Assembly (NCBI RefSeq): GCF_006345805.1
Contig: NC_043015.1
Coordinates: forward strand, 25,668,001 to 25,732,000
Origin: Octopus sinensis
Lineage: Eukaryota
Length of the DNA: 64,000 nt
Reading direction: 5' to 3'
Numbering within the stretch: position 1 is the stretch's first letter; each line of letters starts with the position of its first letter. Shown here piece after piece: positions 52,785 to 64,000 of this stretch. Position numbers and translations under genes: made by a program. Below the pieces are notes generated by a model. That model did no database searches, was not told the DNA's origin, and was given only the letters and a program-made list of their open reading frames with translations.

Positions 52785-55310
52785 TTGACGAACCCAAACA
52801 TGAGGATTCAAAGGATTCACACAAACTTCTCCCCCAAGGACATACCTCTCCACTCCGACAAAACTTACACGACGACTCTCATCCACCGGACCACAGACTT
52901 TATTAGAAGAATTAGGTGGGCGGCCTACCATTTCGATAACCCGGAGAAAAGCAACCCCAACTCTAACCAAGAAGAAATAGCACACAAGAAGATATTTAAA
53001 AGCAGAAGAAACCCACCCCCTAACTACGCACTGGAAAATTTTGAAAAAGACTTAATCGACCTCATTACCAACATCAACATTAGTAAACATAAGACCATTT
53101 CCAACACCCACTTAAGGAGCCTTAAAGATTTCCTGCATTCACTCAGGAACGATGGTAGTCTTATCATACCCGCCGACAAGACTGGGAACTGGTATAGGCT
53201 AGACTACCAAACCTACAAATCGCTCATCATGAGGGAACTTAGCAAAAAGTATAAAACTACTTCTACGGATAACCTTAAGGAAATTAATTACAAAATCAAG
53301 GAAGTTATGAGCAAATTAGACCTCTTGGACAGAACAGAACCTATTAAACCGCAAGTACCCAAAATTACTATTAAAGACCATAAGAAAGACTTCCCGGATA
53401 GTGTAGGAGTACGATTAATCTGTCCGACTAAATCGGATATCGGCAGACTTAGCAAGACCATCCTGGACAAGGTGATCCCACACATCAAACCCCACATCCC
53501 ACTCCAACTATGGATTAATACCAGCGATGTGCTAGAATGGTTTAACACTATCACCAATAGGCCCGACTACTCATTCATCCAATTCGACATAGCCAGCTAC
53601 TACGCCAGTATATCCCCCATCTTACTTAACAAATCCCTTATTTTTGCCCGCAACCTTTCACTCATAGACAGAGAAAAAATTGACATAATTCTATTAGCTA
53701 GAAAAACCATAATAGAATTCGACGGTAGACTCTGGACCAGATCCGATACCCCCGACAATTTCGATGTGGCTATGGGCTCGAGCGATTCAGCTCAGGTGAC
53801 TGACTTGGTCGGGGCCTACCTGCTCAAGAAGCTTTTCTCCGAGGTACCGGATCTTCAGGGGGGTCTATACAGAGACGACGCTCTCTTCATATACCCCACC
53901 AACAATAGGAGTAAACTAGAAAGAATTAGGAAAAAGATCAGGCTTTTTTTCAAATCCTTCAATCTTAAACTAGAATTTATGACCAATACTAAAATAGTTA
54001 ACTTCTTAGATGTTACGTTAGATTTGAATAAGCACCTTCACTACCCGTATAGGAAACCAGAAGAAACTACCAAATACATCCATACCTCTTCCAACCATCC
54101 ACCCTGTATAATTAGCACCACAGTCCAAGCCATCTCAGACAGACTGACAAAACTATCCTCTAATAGAGAAATTTTCAATAATCAGGCTCAACACTACAAC
54201 CAAGCCCTCTATAGTGCCGGATATAACCAGAGAATATCATATGTAGACCAACCGGGAGCGTCCGTCGACCATAAGACTCCCAATTATAATCGAACTCAGC
54301 ACTCAACTCACACTACCGATAAGTCTAATTCAAACTCCAAACAACGTATAGGAAATAGGCGAACTAATAGAACAGCACACAATAGTAACCCTCCCGACGA
54401 GAACAATATAGATCCTACTAGGAGAAATAGAAGGGATAATAGTAGATTACGCAAATACATATGGTTCAACATACCTTTCAACTTAGCAGTTAGGGGTAGG
54501 TTATGTAAAAGAATATTCTCTATAATTTCCAACAACTTCCCACCCACCCACAAATATAGAAGTATCTTCTCCAACAAAACTATTAGGATTTCCTACTCTA
54601 CCCTGCCCAACATGAGCTGCCTCTTAGCTAAACACAACTATATTAATATTAGAACAGCTAGATCAAGAGCAAACCATAGCGACCAACAGAACCCCCCTCA
54701 TCTAGACAGTAGGCATTATAACCAGACTGGCAACCATAATACCCAAGCAGTTAGTAATAACACCCGCCAACACAACAGAGGAAATACTACACCCATCAAC
54801 AACCAGGAGGATACCAACGCCCCCACTCGTATTGCAACACCTCCGCCTAGGATTAGCAGCACACGACCGAATAATGCAATGCAATGCAACTGCAGATGTG
54901 CATCAGAGTGCCCGCTGCAGGGCGCATGCAGGGCGAAAAACGTAATATACTCATGTGAGGTGAGTACTCAATTTAACACACTCACCTATATTGGTTGCTC
55001 AACCTCCTGGAAATCCAGATACTACAACCACCGGTCCTCGCTGAGACATAGACATAAGGCTAACAGCACCTCCCTCTCTAAAAGAATTTGGGAATTAAAA
55101 GACAAATGCATAAGCTTCAAACTCAGATGGTCCATCATCGGATCAGCTGCACCTTATTTAAATAATAGAGCAGGATGCCAACTATGCTGTGTAGAACTCC
55201 TGAACATCTTGAAATTCAAAGACAAACACAATCTTATTAACAAAAGGTCAGAGTTCAAACCATCCTGTATACATAAACTTATTAATACTTTCAAATACTA
55301 CAATGCTTAG
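52785..55310 (+). CDS. PLE reverse transcriptase with C-terminal Cys-rich GIY-YIG endonuclease (841 aa from TTG; 836 aa from ATG 52800)
   Basis: IIPADKTGN; FIQFDIASYY (motif A); FDVAMGSSDSAQVTDLVG (B'); GLYRDDAL (C); VNFLDVTLD; YRKP...SSNHPP; EN: CNCRCASECPLQGAC-NVIY...TYIGCS...RYYNH...CQLCC...CIH. Confidence 0.95.
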   Translation: MTNPNMRIQRIHTNFSPKDIPLHSDKTYTTTLIHRTTDFIRRIRWAAYHFDNPEKSNPNSNQEEIAHKKIFKSRRNPPPNYALENFEKDLIDLITNINISKHKTISNTHLRSLKDFLHSLRNDGSLIIPADKTGNWYRLDYQTYKSLIMRELSKKYKTTSTDNLKEINYKIKEVMSKLDLLDRTEPIKPQVPKITIKDHKKDFPDSVGVRLICPTKSDIGRLSKTILDKVIPHIKPHIPLQLWINTSDVLEWFNTITNRPDYSFIQFDIASYYASISPILLNKSLIFARNLSLIDREKIDIILLARKTIIEFDGRLWTRSDTPDNFDVAMGSSDSAQVTDLVGAYLLKKLFSEVPDLQGGLYRDDALFIYPTNNRSKLERIRKKIRLFFKSFNLKLEFMTNTKIVNFLDVTLDLNKHLHYPYRKPEETTKYIHTSSNHPPCIISTTVQAISDRLTKLSSNREIFNNQAQHYNQALYSAGYNQRISYVDQPGASVDHKTPNYNRTQHSTHTTDKSNSNSKQRIGNRRTNRTAHNSNPPDENNIDPTRRNRRDNSRLRKYIWFNIPFNLAVRGRLCKRIFSIISNNFPPTHKYRSIFSNKTIRISYSTLPNMSCLLAKHNYINIRTARSRANHSDQQNPPHLDSRHYNQTGNHNTQAVSNNTRQHNRGNTTPINNQEDTNAPTRIATPPPRISSTRPNNAMQCNCRCASECPLQGACRAKNVIYSCEVSTQFNTLTYIGCSTSWKSRYYNHRSSLRHRHKANSTSLSKRIWELKDKCISFKLRWSIIGSAAPYLNNRAGCQLCCVELLNILKFKDKHNLINKRSEFKPSCIHKLINTFKYYNA

Positions 55311-55380
55311 GTCTTATACCAACTCCCCCATGCTATTTCCTCCCACCGGTGCAACCTGTCGGCTCCAGCACATCCCGCGT

Positions 55381-55416
<36 letters not shown>

Positions 55417-56962
55417 GTATGTGCACATACGTGTATGTGTGTGTACATATACACATATATATATATATGTGGGCCACCTCCATCTCATGTTAAACTTTAC
55501 AAAATTATATTTTTACCTTATTTTTTTATTTTTATATTTTATTTTATTTTTTTTTATTTTTATTTTTATTTTTATTTTTATTTTCATTTTTATTTTTACT
55601 TTTATCCTACTTCCATTTATTTTTATTTTTAATTTTATTTTTACTTTTATTTTTACGTTTATTCTACTGCCATTTACTCTCATTTTCATTTTCATCCCTT
55701 ACCTTAACTCTTATAACCCTTATAATTCTTATATTTCATTTCTAACTATTACATTGTATTTCTTATTTTATACTGTATTTTTTATTTCTAATCTTTACCC
55801 TTACCCTCATTCTTACCCCTAATTTATCGCTTTACACCTCTATATATGTTTATTTACTTACCTATGGATCCGCCTTTTGAGTATCCGAGCGTCCGCGTAC
55901 GTGTGTATGCGCATACATACATATGCGCGCGCGTATATGTACATGCATACTTCGATATCTTATGACTATACCCATGGGCGCGTGTGTCTCTGTGTGTGTA
56001 TGTGAATATATATATGTGCACGCACATACGGACACACAGCCGTGTGTGCGTGCGCGTATTAACATGAGTACGGGATTCTTTACATATGTTCTTATACACA
56101 TCCTTTAATATCTTATACCTAGACCTAGAGACGTGGGCATATACGTGTACGTATGTAGTGAGGGGCGCGCGTATATACATGTGAGCGTGTACGCGCGTAA
56201 TGTCCGTCTATATATGCGGATATTCTGTTGTATGTATGTGTGTGTGCGCGCGTGCGTGTGGGTGCGTGTGTGTTTATGTACGTGTTTACACGCGAGTGCG
56301 TGTGTTTGCTTATAGACTTGGAGACGTATATGTACGCGTGTATGTGGGTGTATGTACCCATGATGATATGTATGTACTGAAAGTCCATTTAATTGAAGGA
56401 ACCAGATTAAACTCTCATCAGCTCTGATTTACGACGAAACCGTTAATTTACTGACAGTTCTACAACTAAGTTTTATCAATCTCATGACCACCATGCTGGG
56501 TCCGCGACCTCTATACATCCCTTATCTTTACATTCTTTTACACTTTTATCATGTTTTTATCAGGTTCTTTTACTTCTTTTACTATTATTTCCATTTCTAT
56601 TTTTACTTTACAACATTATGCCTTTACATTTATTTATATTTCTTTATATTTCTTTATACCCCCTTTACATCTCCTTACAACTCTTATATCTTTATCCTCT
56701 ACATTTTTATATTATTTTATATTATTTTATATTTTTTATCCCTCGTCCCGAACTCTCGCCCCTCCATCTTCACCTCTATATACGTATTTATTTATTTACA
56801 TTACCTCAACATCCAAGTTTCCTCATTCTACATTGAGAGAGGAAAGAGATGGACGATTCAATTCGATGCTGCTGCCGCATTATGTCGTACGGGAACGAGA
56901 AGATTTGCATCCCCAACCAAGAATTTAGGAAGTAACACATGTCCTTGTGGAAGCTGTTGTGC

Positions 56963-57040
56963 GCGGCTGAAGAAGGCCACAGACATACATTATGATTTGT
57001 TATGAATCTGTCTAATAAAGGCCCGAAACATATGTACCGC
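56963..57040 (+). ncRNA. Type I hammerhead ribozyme HHR4
   Basis: Identical to HHR1; predicted cut after A57036. Confidence 0.85.
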
Positions 57041-57084
57041 TGAATCCTTCGCCTCATGTCTTTATTTTTATTTTTATTTTGATC

Positions 57085-57448
57085 TATTTATATATACATA
57101 TATATAATATATATATATGTATATATTTACATACATATATTTACATATATATATATTTTCATATATATATGTATGTATATATACATATGTGTATGCATGT
57201 ATATATATATTTACATATATGTATGTATATATATATATTTACATATATGTATGTATATATATATATTTACATATATGTATGTATGTATGTATATATATAT
57301 ATATATTTACATATATGTATGTATAATAATATATTTACATATATGTATGTATATATATATATATATTTACATACATGTATATATGTATATATATTTACAT
57401 ACATGTATGCATGTATATACTCGTATATATATATATTTACATATGTAT

Positions 57449-57479
<31 letters not shown>

Positions 57480-57606
57480 TTATATATATGTATGTATATA
57501 TATATATTTGTATATATGTATGTATATGTATATGTATATATATATATATATAATATATATATATATATTCATATATATATATGTATATATAGATATATGT
57601 ATACAT
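57085..57606. repeat. Compound (TA)n/(TATTTACA)-type microsatellite flank Y
   Basis: Matches 51754 to about 52250. Confidence 0.9.
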
Positions 57607-57708
57607 TTTTGAATATATAAAACTTGGATATGTTTCGACCAAAGATTGGTCCAGGCCATGTCTAACTTAATAGCACCACCTGATAGGATTATCTAAATCC
57701 TGTTTAAG

Positions 57709-60660
57709 TCAAGTTTTGTTTATGGTCCATTTAAGTAGTGTGTTTTTGTTGGGTGAGTTGTATCCAATTATGGGTGGCTTACCTGGTATTCCTTGAAGGA
57801 ATCTATCCAGACTCCGTTTAAAGTTGATGAGATCCGTTTCCTCTTTGATCTCTTTCGTGACGATGTTAAATAGGACAGGACCTGTTGAGGAAAAGAAATT
57901 ATGTTGCAGTGTACATGTATGCTGTGATCTTGAATTGGGCAGCGGACGTATGGCCCGTGGTCCCAGTCTTGGATGAACCTTGAAGCTAATGTTCAGGTCG
58001 TTTGGGCAAAGTTGGCGGTATATTCTCCACATCGTACAAATGATGTACCACTCACGGCAACGCTGGAGAGAGTAGGGTTTCAAGGCTTTAAGGCGGTCCC
58101 AACAATCGAGAGCAGCCATGCCTTCAACTCGTTTAGTGAGTACCCTCTAGGGTGATTCAATCCTCGAGATGTTTTGTCTTGTATGGGGAGACCACAGTGG
58201 GTAGCAGTATTCAAGGTGTGGCCGTTAAAAGGAGAAAAGTGGTATGATGACACCTTGTTCTCTGGACCGGAAAGTTCTTAAGATCCAGGAACTTATCCTA
58301 CGAGCTATATCGACCTTCTTGTTGATGTGTGCACTCCAACTGAGATCGTCATCAACATTTACACCCAAGTCTCTGATATTGTTAGAGGCTGTGAGCGGTT
58401 CCCCTGAAGGAAGAGAGTATGGCTGTTTTAGTGAGGAATTTCTTCCAAAATGCATCAGCTCAAATTTTCCCTCGTTCAGTTGCATTTTGCTTCTGTCTTC
58501 CCATTGACTCACAGCATATAGATCAGACTGGAGTTGAGTTCGGTCTGCTTCTTCATTGACGATTTGCTGGAGCTTAGTGTCATCAGCAAATATTTTCACT
58601 TTGCAGTAATGTACGACACTGGAAAGGTCGTTTATGTAAATTATAAAGAGTAGCGGGCCCAAGACAGTCCCCTGGGGGACACCGCTGGTGACTTTTGCTG
58701 GGCTTGAGTGGACTCCGTCACCTACAACATGTTGTTTTCTATTCGCCAGGAAATACTTAATCCAGTGTAGAACTTTTCCACGGATTCCAACATTTGCCAA
58801 TTTTGAGAGTAGGATATTATGGTCTACCCTGTCGAACGCTTTACTGAAGTTAAGATATATGACAGAGTTCGAACCTGTTCCCAAGGCTTTGAGTATATCT
58901 TCAATGTGGTGTAAGAGTTGTGTTAGACAGTCCCTGCCACAGCGAAAGCCATGCTGATTTGCATTTAGGAGTTTGTGGGTCTCCAGGAAGTCAGCTATCC
59001 TTGATCTTAACACTCTTTCAAACACTTTAATGATGTGGGAGGTGAGTGAGATTGGGCGATAGTTGACTGCGAGGGATCTGTTTCCCTGTTTGAAAACCGG
59101 GATGACAGACTGAGACAGAAGCTGTTTCGGTATATAACCTGCGTCTAACGAATTTCTCCAGAGGTTGGTCAGAGGGACTGCAAGTTGGTGTCTACATTCC
59201 TTCAGGAGACTAGCGGGGAATCTATCAGGGCCTACAGCAGAATAGTATTTGACCTCGTTTATTGCTGCTATGATGTCAGTTGCAGTGAAGGTTATGTCTG
59301 AGATTTTACGTTGGGAATCAACTTCGTTCGCTTCTCTCTCGTCAATATCAGTGGGAACACTAAAGACAGAGCAGTATTGTTTCTGCAATATTTCTGCCAT
59401 TTCTTTAGCATCGTGTTGGGGAATGCCGTTATCATCAATCAATGGCCCAATGGGTGAGACAGTGGTTCTATGCTTATTTGCATAAGAATAGAACACTTTG
59501 GGTTCTGTTTGATGTTTTTGATTACCCACTGTTCCTCCACAGCTCTTTGATTTTCAATGGAGGTTTTCATGTTGGTCTGCAGATGAAGTTTTTCCAACTC
59601 TAGCCTTTTCATTGTTGTTTGAATGTGGATGTTGTATGTGGGAATATTTTAATTGGTTGATTTTTTTTATTGAGTCTATTGATGCGCCTGATGAGTGTTT
59701 TTTTTTCTTTTTAGAGAGCTGGTTTCTGTTTGTGTAAGTAGATTTCGTAGGAGCGTGTTTAGAGCATGTATAGGTGACAATGTTCTCAAAGTGCTGCCAT
59801 GCAGTCTCAATCTGGGTGGAATTGAGAGTAAAAGACCAGTCGATGAAAGACAGATACTTTCTGATTGCTCCCCAGTCCACTTTGTGGAAGTTTATGTTGT
59901 CAAATGAGTGCCATGGAGTGGGATTGGTTGGTTTGGTTTTTATATGTCGGGATTTAAAATTGCAGAGTACCATGTCGTGGTCTGAGAGGAGAGTTTTTTC
60001 AACTGAAATACTATGAACGAAGATCGTTTTATTCTGTCTTGTTGGTTCGAGCACTAGCTGAGTCAGGAAGAATTTATCCATTAGATTAAAGAGTAAAGAA
60101 GAGTAATTCTGCTGCTGCTTCATCTGATGTAGAGCATTTGCCTAACTCCAGAGTATTTGTGGGCCAGTTTATATGAGGGAGGTTAAAATCACCCATCATT
60201 AGTATGTTTCCGGAGTTGTATTTTTGAAGGAAGGACTTGATTTTGTTAAGGCACTCTTCAAAGCACTTTAGAGGTGCTTGGGGAGGCCTGTAAAAGACCA
60301 ACAATGATTGTGTCTTTGGCCTTGTTGAATAGTGATATAGATTCACAATAGCCATTGGAAAATATGTCCTTGGCATCAAGTGAAAAGGAGTCATGGATAA
60401 AGATGGCTGTCCCTCCTCTATTTCGGTCTGTGCGATCTACACGAACGATGGTGAAATCCTTTATTTTCACCTCGGCATCCATATGGGTGTTGTTTAGGTG
60501 AGTTTCAGTAAGGATAAAGAAAGGGAAGCAATGTGCCGTTTCGGCAAGCCAACTCTCTATATATGGGATCTTCCATTTTTGGGCAATGATTGATGGGTTG
60601 ATGCCACGTACATTTAACAGGAATGTCGAGATAAGGGTAGTTTGATGTTTGCATTGTTCT
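57709..60660 (-). pseudogene. Fragmented CR1 ORF2 (APE endonuclease + RT)
   Basis: Track ORFs 60258-60884, 60086-60394, 59554-60123, 58225-59529 and 57709-58119 form one ORF2 across frameshifts; the motif A Asp reads Asn (YLNFSKAFD). Confidence 0.9.
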
Positions 60661-60697
60661 AAATTAAGTTTTATATTGTTCAGGGGTAACAATGTGG

Positions 60698-61722
60698 TTA
60701 GTTTTTGTATGGAGCTGTGTGTGTATGATTTTCTTGTTGGAAGTGAGTGTGTGGTCCTTGTGATTTGCATAAATGGTTGCTGATAGCTCGTTGGATCTCC
60801 TGGCTTAGGTCGGCCTTCATATTTTCTAGGTAAGTCAGTAAAATGAGTTGCCTCTTTGGTTTGCCACTTGATCAGAGGATACATAGTTCATGTTAATGTT
60901 ATTTGGTGTTATGCTTTTTTCATGGTTCTGTCTTCGTTGTTTGATTGTAGGAGATGAAATGTGGTTGCATTTTGTTTTTGTTGTTGTCGTAGATCTCCTC
61001 TGTTGCTGTTTATATTTGTTTTGCGATCGTTTTGTGCCCTTCAGATGGTAGTGGTTGCATTCTGGGTTCAGGCACATCCTTAGTGACACAGAAGTTTAGC
61101 ACAGTTTAGGATGGAAGAAGGAGCATCCATTGCCTTTTGTGCATCCATATTTGGGATCAGGACCATGGACTCTGTATTTAGGACAGTATTTAGGGTGGAG
61201 GTGAGGGCAGTTTTTTCCCGTTATACCATATGGACAGGTGCCCTTAACAAGTCTACAACATAAGGTAGAATGGAAAAAAGCACAGCGTCCCTTGTTGGTA
61301 CCGCTGGGGCCAAATCTACAGTTGCCTTGAGAATGGTAACGACAGGGTGTTTGACGTGGGTATAGTAGAGGCTTTTCTATTCTGGCAGGCTCGTTGGTCA
61401 GTAGTTCTATTGTAGTAGCAGTAGCAGAGTGTTGTTGTTGTTGTTGTTGCTGTAGCAGCAGTGAAACTTGACTTGCAACAGTAGGGCTGCGTGGAATCGG
61501 GTCAGATACTGGTGCCAAACAAGGTGCTTCCAGTGTAGTAGCAGAAGCAGGCTGTTGTTGTTGTGATAGTGAGTCCTGGCTTGCCAAGGTAGTGTTGGGT
61601 GGAATTAGGTCAGATGTTGTTTGTTGCTGGCTATCGCGTCGTTGAAGTGACCCCTGACCTGTTGGAGTTGGGTCATTTGGTGCACTACATTCATTGACAA
61701 GTATGGCTTCTAGTGTTGCCAT
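60698..61722 (-). pseudogene. CR1 ORF1 with Q/P/T-rich N-terminus, four CCCH zinc fingers and a predicted C-terminal helix
   Basis: Track ORFs 61096-61722 and 60835-61089 share a frame, separated by one TAA; a frameshift near 60835 continues LLTYLENMKADLSQEIQRAI to a stop at 60698-60700. Confidence 0.8.
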
Positions 61723-62289
61723 GTGCGTGTGGAAAATAGGAAATGATCTTACGATCCCTTTTATTTTATTTTCGATCAGTAAAAGGATTGTTTTGCTAAT
61801 TTTTCAGCGATTTTACCGTAAACATTAGCTTTTACACAATCGTTATGGTGAGATTACCAAGCGATTATCAGTGAACTGATTTCATTTTCAACCCAGTGGC
61901 GTTTTGGAATGTTATTGGCCATATTCAGTGGGACAGTATTATACACTGTACGTCAGTTATTGATGGCTTGATGTATAATAGTGAATGCACCGTTGAAAAG
62001 TTTGTGTCGATATATACAGAAATGCGTGACTATATATGGGTGTGTGTGGGAGAGTTCAGTGTATTTAGTACAAATCAGAATGAGCGGTGTGTTTAATACA
62101 GATCAAGAGAAAAGAATTGTACTCTTAGAACTAGTCTTGGGTTTAGTTTTGGTTTATATCTCTTTCTCCAGGTTATATATAAATTTGTATAAATTTATCC
62201 TCCGATGGTAGTAAAATAGTAGAATAGTGGGAATTCAAAAGTTCTGGGACTAAAAACAAGGAAAGTTTCTGGTTTCAGGCACTCCCTTA

Positions 62290-62800
62290 GTGACACAGTC
62301 CAGAGGATGAGCTACAGCGAGCGACTGTAGGCACTAAGTCTCTACACCCTGGAGCACAAGGCGGGAGAGTGCGACCGACTGGTGTCAAACTTTGGCATCA
62401 AGTGTTATACTTTGGCATCAAATGCTAAACTTTGGCATCAAGTGTTATACGAATGCCCGCACAGGGCGCCACTGCATATTACCACTACATCTCACACAAG
62501 AACGAGGTATTGTAACAACACCGGTTTCAGAGGACCTCAGCTCTTTAATACCCTGCCGAAACAATTGAGAGACTTGCAAGATGTGGATGTAGAAGTCTTC
62601 AAAACAAAACTCGACACTTTCCTATCCACGATACCAGACGAACCGATGACTCGAAATGAGATACAGATGAAGGCAGCGATGTCAAATTCTCTTGTACACC
62701 AGATGTGACATCGAAACTCTTAATTGGACTACATCAGCTGGCAGAGAACAGCCATGCAAGGAACGTGCAAAGAGCAGAGTATAAGGATGGAAAGTCATGG
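62290..62800 (+). mobile_element. CR1-clade LINE 3' fragment (different subfamily)
   Basis: SYSERL*ALSLYTLEH and FRGPQLFNTLPKQLRDL..VFKTKLDTFLSTIPDEP; local duplicated AAACTTTGGCATCAAG units at about 62387-62450. Confidence 0.85.
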
Positions 62801-62854
62801 TGGTGCTCCAGCCCGAATGCAGCTAATTGGCTGAAACGAATAAAAGAATATATA

Positions 62855-63100
62855 AATAAATATACATACATCCAGCCATACACATACGTATACATACATA
62901 CATGCATACACATACATATACATACACATACATATACATATACATACATATACGTACATATACATACACATACATATACATACATATACATGCATATACA
63001 TACTTGCATATACATATACATACTTACATATACATACATACATGCATATATACATATACATATATACAAACATATGCATACATAATATACATATTTATTT
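62855..63100. repeat. (CATA)n microsatellite
   Basis: Direct sequence. Confidence 0.95.
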
Positions 63101-63254
63101 TGTTTGACTCTAAGCATCTGGAACTTTGCTCGCCCAGAATGTGGTCTGCCCAGCATTTTGATCCATGCGAGGATTTGACATGTTAGAGTTCCATCCAGCT
63201 TTTGTGAAAAAAAAGTCTTTGTTTTTCGAGCGTTGGGTGGACAATGGATATGAT

Positions 63255-64000
63255 TTTCACAAGATAGATGCAGGAGAAGTGCTATTTGCAGAATATGGAT
63301 CTTGTGCAGGTGTTCATTGATTTAATCAAGACCTTCGATACTGTGATTAGGGCCTTGCTATGGAAAATACTTGGCAAACGTGGATGTCCGGTTCATTTTG
63401 TATTAATAATTAAATCATTTCATGATGGGATGGAGGCTTGGGGCCCATTCCTGTAGAGAATATTGTCAAGCAGGGTGACACTTTTGCCCCAGCTCCTTTC
63501 TTTTTACTTTGTTACTGTTTTTACTTATGCTTTAGCTAAGGTTCTCTCTCTGGGAATATATGTCCAGTATTGATCTTCTGGCCGCCTTAGTCATTCGTAC
63601 AGCGGAAGACGTGCAAATACTTATGAATCATATTTCTGCTTCTTGCAGGGCATTTGGTCTCGGCATTAGCTGTTCTTGTTCCCTGGATGAGGAAAAAGCT
63701 ATCAGGCTGCAAAGAGTAACCGATTTCTTCAGGTCTCTTCACTCCCGTGTCTGGTCCCAGCATGACATCACAAACCAAACAAAAATTACTTTGTACCGTG
63801 CATATGTACTGACATCACTCCTTTGCTCATGTGAGACGTGGACCCTTTATAAAAGTCATGTAAGGGTCCTTGAACGCTTTTATCAGAGATGTCTAAGACA
63901 TTCTGAATGTTGACTAGACCTTAGAAGTTCCAGACACACAGGTCCTGAGGACAGCTAATATCTTGAGTATTGTGGCGATGGTGCACAAACACCGGTTACG
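63255..64000 (+). mobile_element. Degenerate RTE (BovB-like) RT fragment running off the window end
   Basis: QEKC..QNMDLVQVFIDLIKTFDTV, VKQGD, TKITLYRAYVLTSLLCSCETWTLY..HVRVLERFYQRCLR. Confidence 0.85.

Larger units (their letters stand above)
52443..57084 (+). mobile_element. Penelope-like element copy 2 (pLTR-ORF-pLTR) with intact ORF
   Basis: Direct repeats at 52443-52644 and 56883-57084; uninterrupted 841-codon ORF. Confidence 0.95.
57620..61890 (-). mobile_element. Near full-length decayed CR1-clade LINE
   Basis: ORF1 with CCCH fingers, then APE (LLNVRG, LTETHL, RVDR..RNRGG, MGDFNLPHINW), RT (NYRPISLTS, NQHGFR, SGVPQGTVLGPLLF, FADDTKL) and CR1-type C-terminus (YSLQRCRE, FKRSLDRFL). Confidence 0.93.

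Noticed and set aside
52785-55310. Naiad-type or selenoprotein PLE
   Set aside because: The endonuclease is C-terminal rather than N-terminal, and the ORF has no in-frame TGA.
47110-57084. Four spaced identical 202-bp repeats as a CRISPR-like array
   Set aside because: The repeats are far too long, the spacing is kb-scale, and the context is eukaryotic; they are PLE pLTRs.
57620-57665. Minus-strand GACC-loop-GGTC-GAAACATAT in the CR1 3' UTR resembling a hammerhead 3' half
   Set aside because: No CUGANGA core upstream and no stem I; more likely the LINE 3' stem-loop.

Overview
This is an AT-rich, microsatellite-dense animal genomic window. The SINE sequences and repeat landscape look like Octopus (inference). 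I can support no intact host gene; almost all tracked ORFs are translations of simple repeats. The main structure is a near-identical tandem pair of Penelope-like elements (PLEs) at 47.1-57.1 kb. The second copy has an intact 841-codon RT + C-terminal GIY-YIG ORF with an unusual Cys-rich endonuclease (Hydra-clade-like, inference). Each copy is bounded by a 202-bp direct repeat carrying a type I hammerhead ribozyme fold with a palindromic stem III, four in total. Cleavage at all four would release 4442-, 891- and 4440-nt RNAs, and the 891-nt piece is non-coding and retrozyme-like. Other elements: a Neptune-like PLE with its own minimal, core-mutated hammerhead; an older Hydra-like relic; a near full-length CR1 whose ORF1 has four CCCH zinc fingers; RTE fragments (one with twin-priming geometry); R4-like and mariner fragments; MITEs; many SINEs; a perfect SINE-derived 24-bp hairpin; and a possible decayed LRR/Toll-like receptor gene at about 29.3-32 kb. 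All calls were made by eye with no database searches. Boundaries of degenerate elements are approximate.
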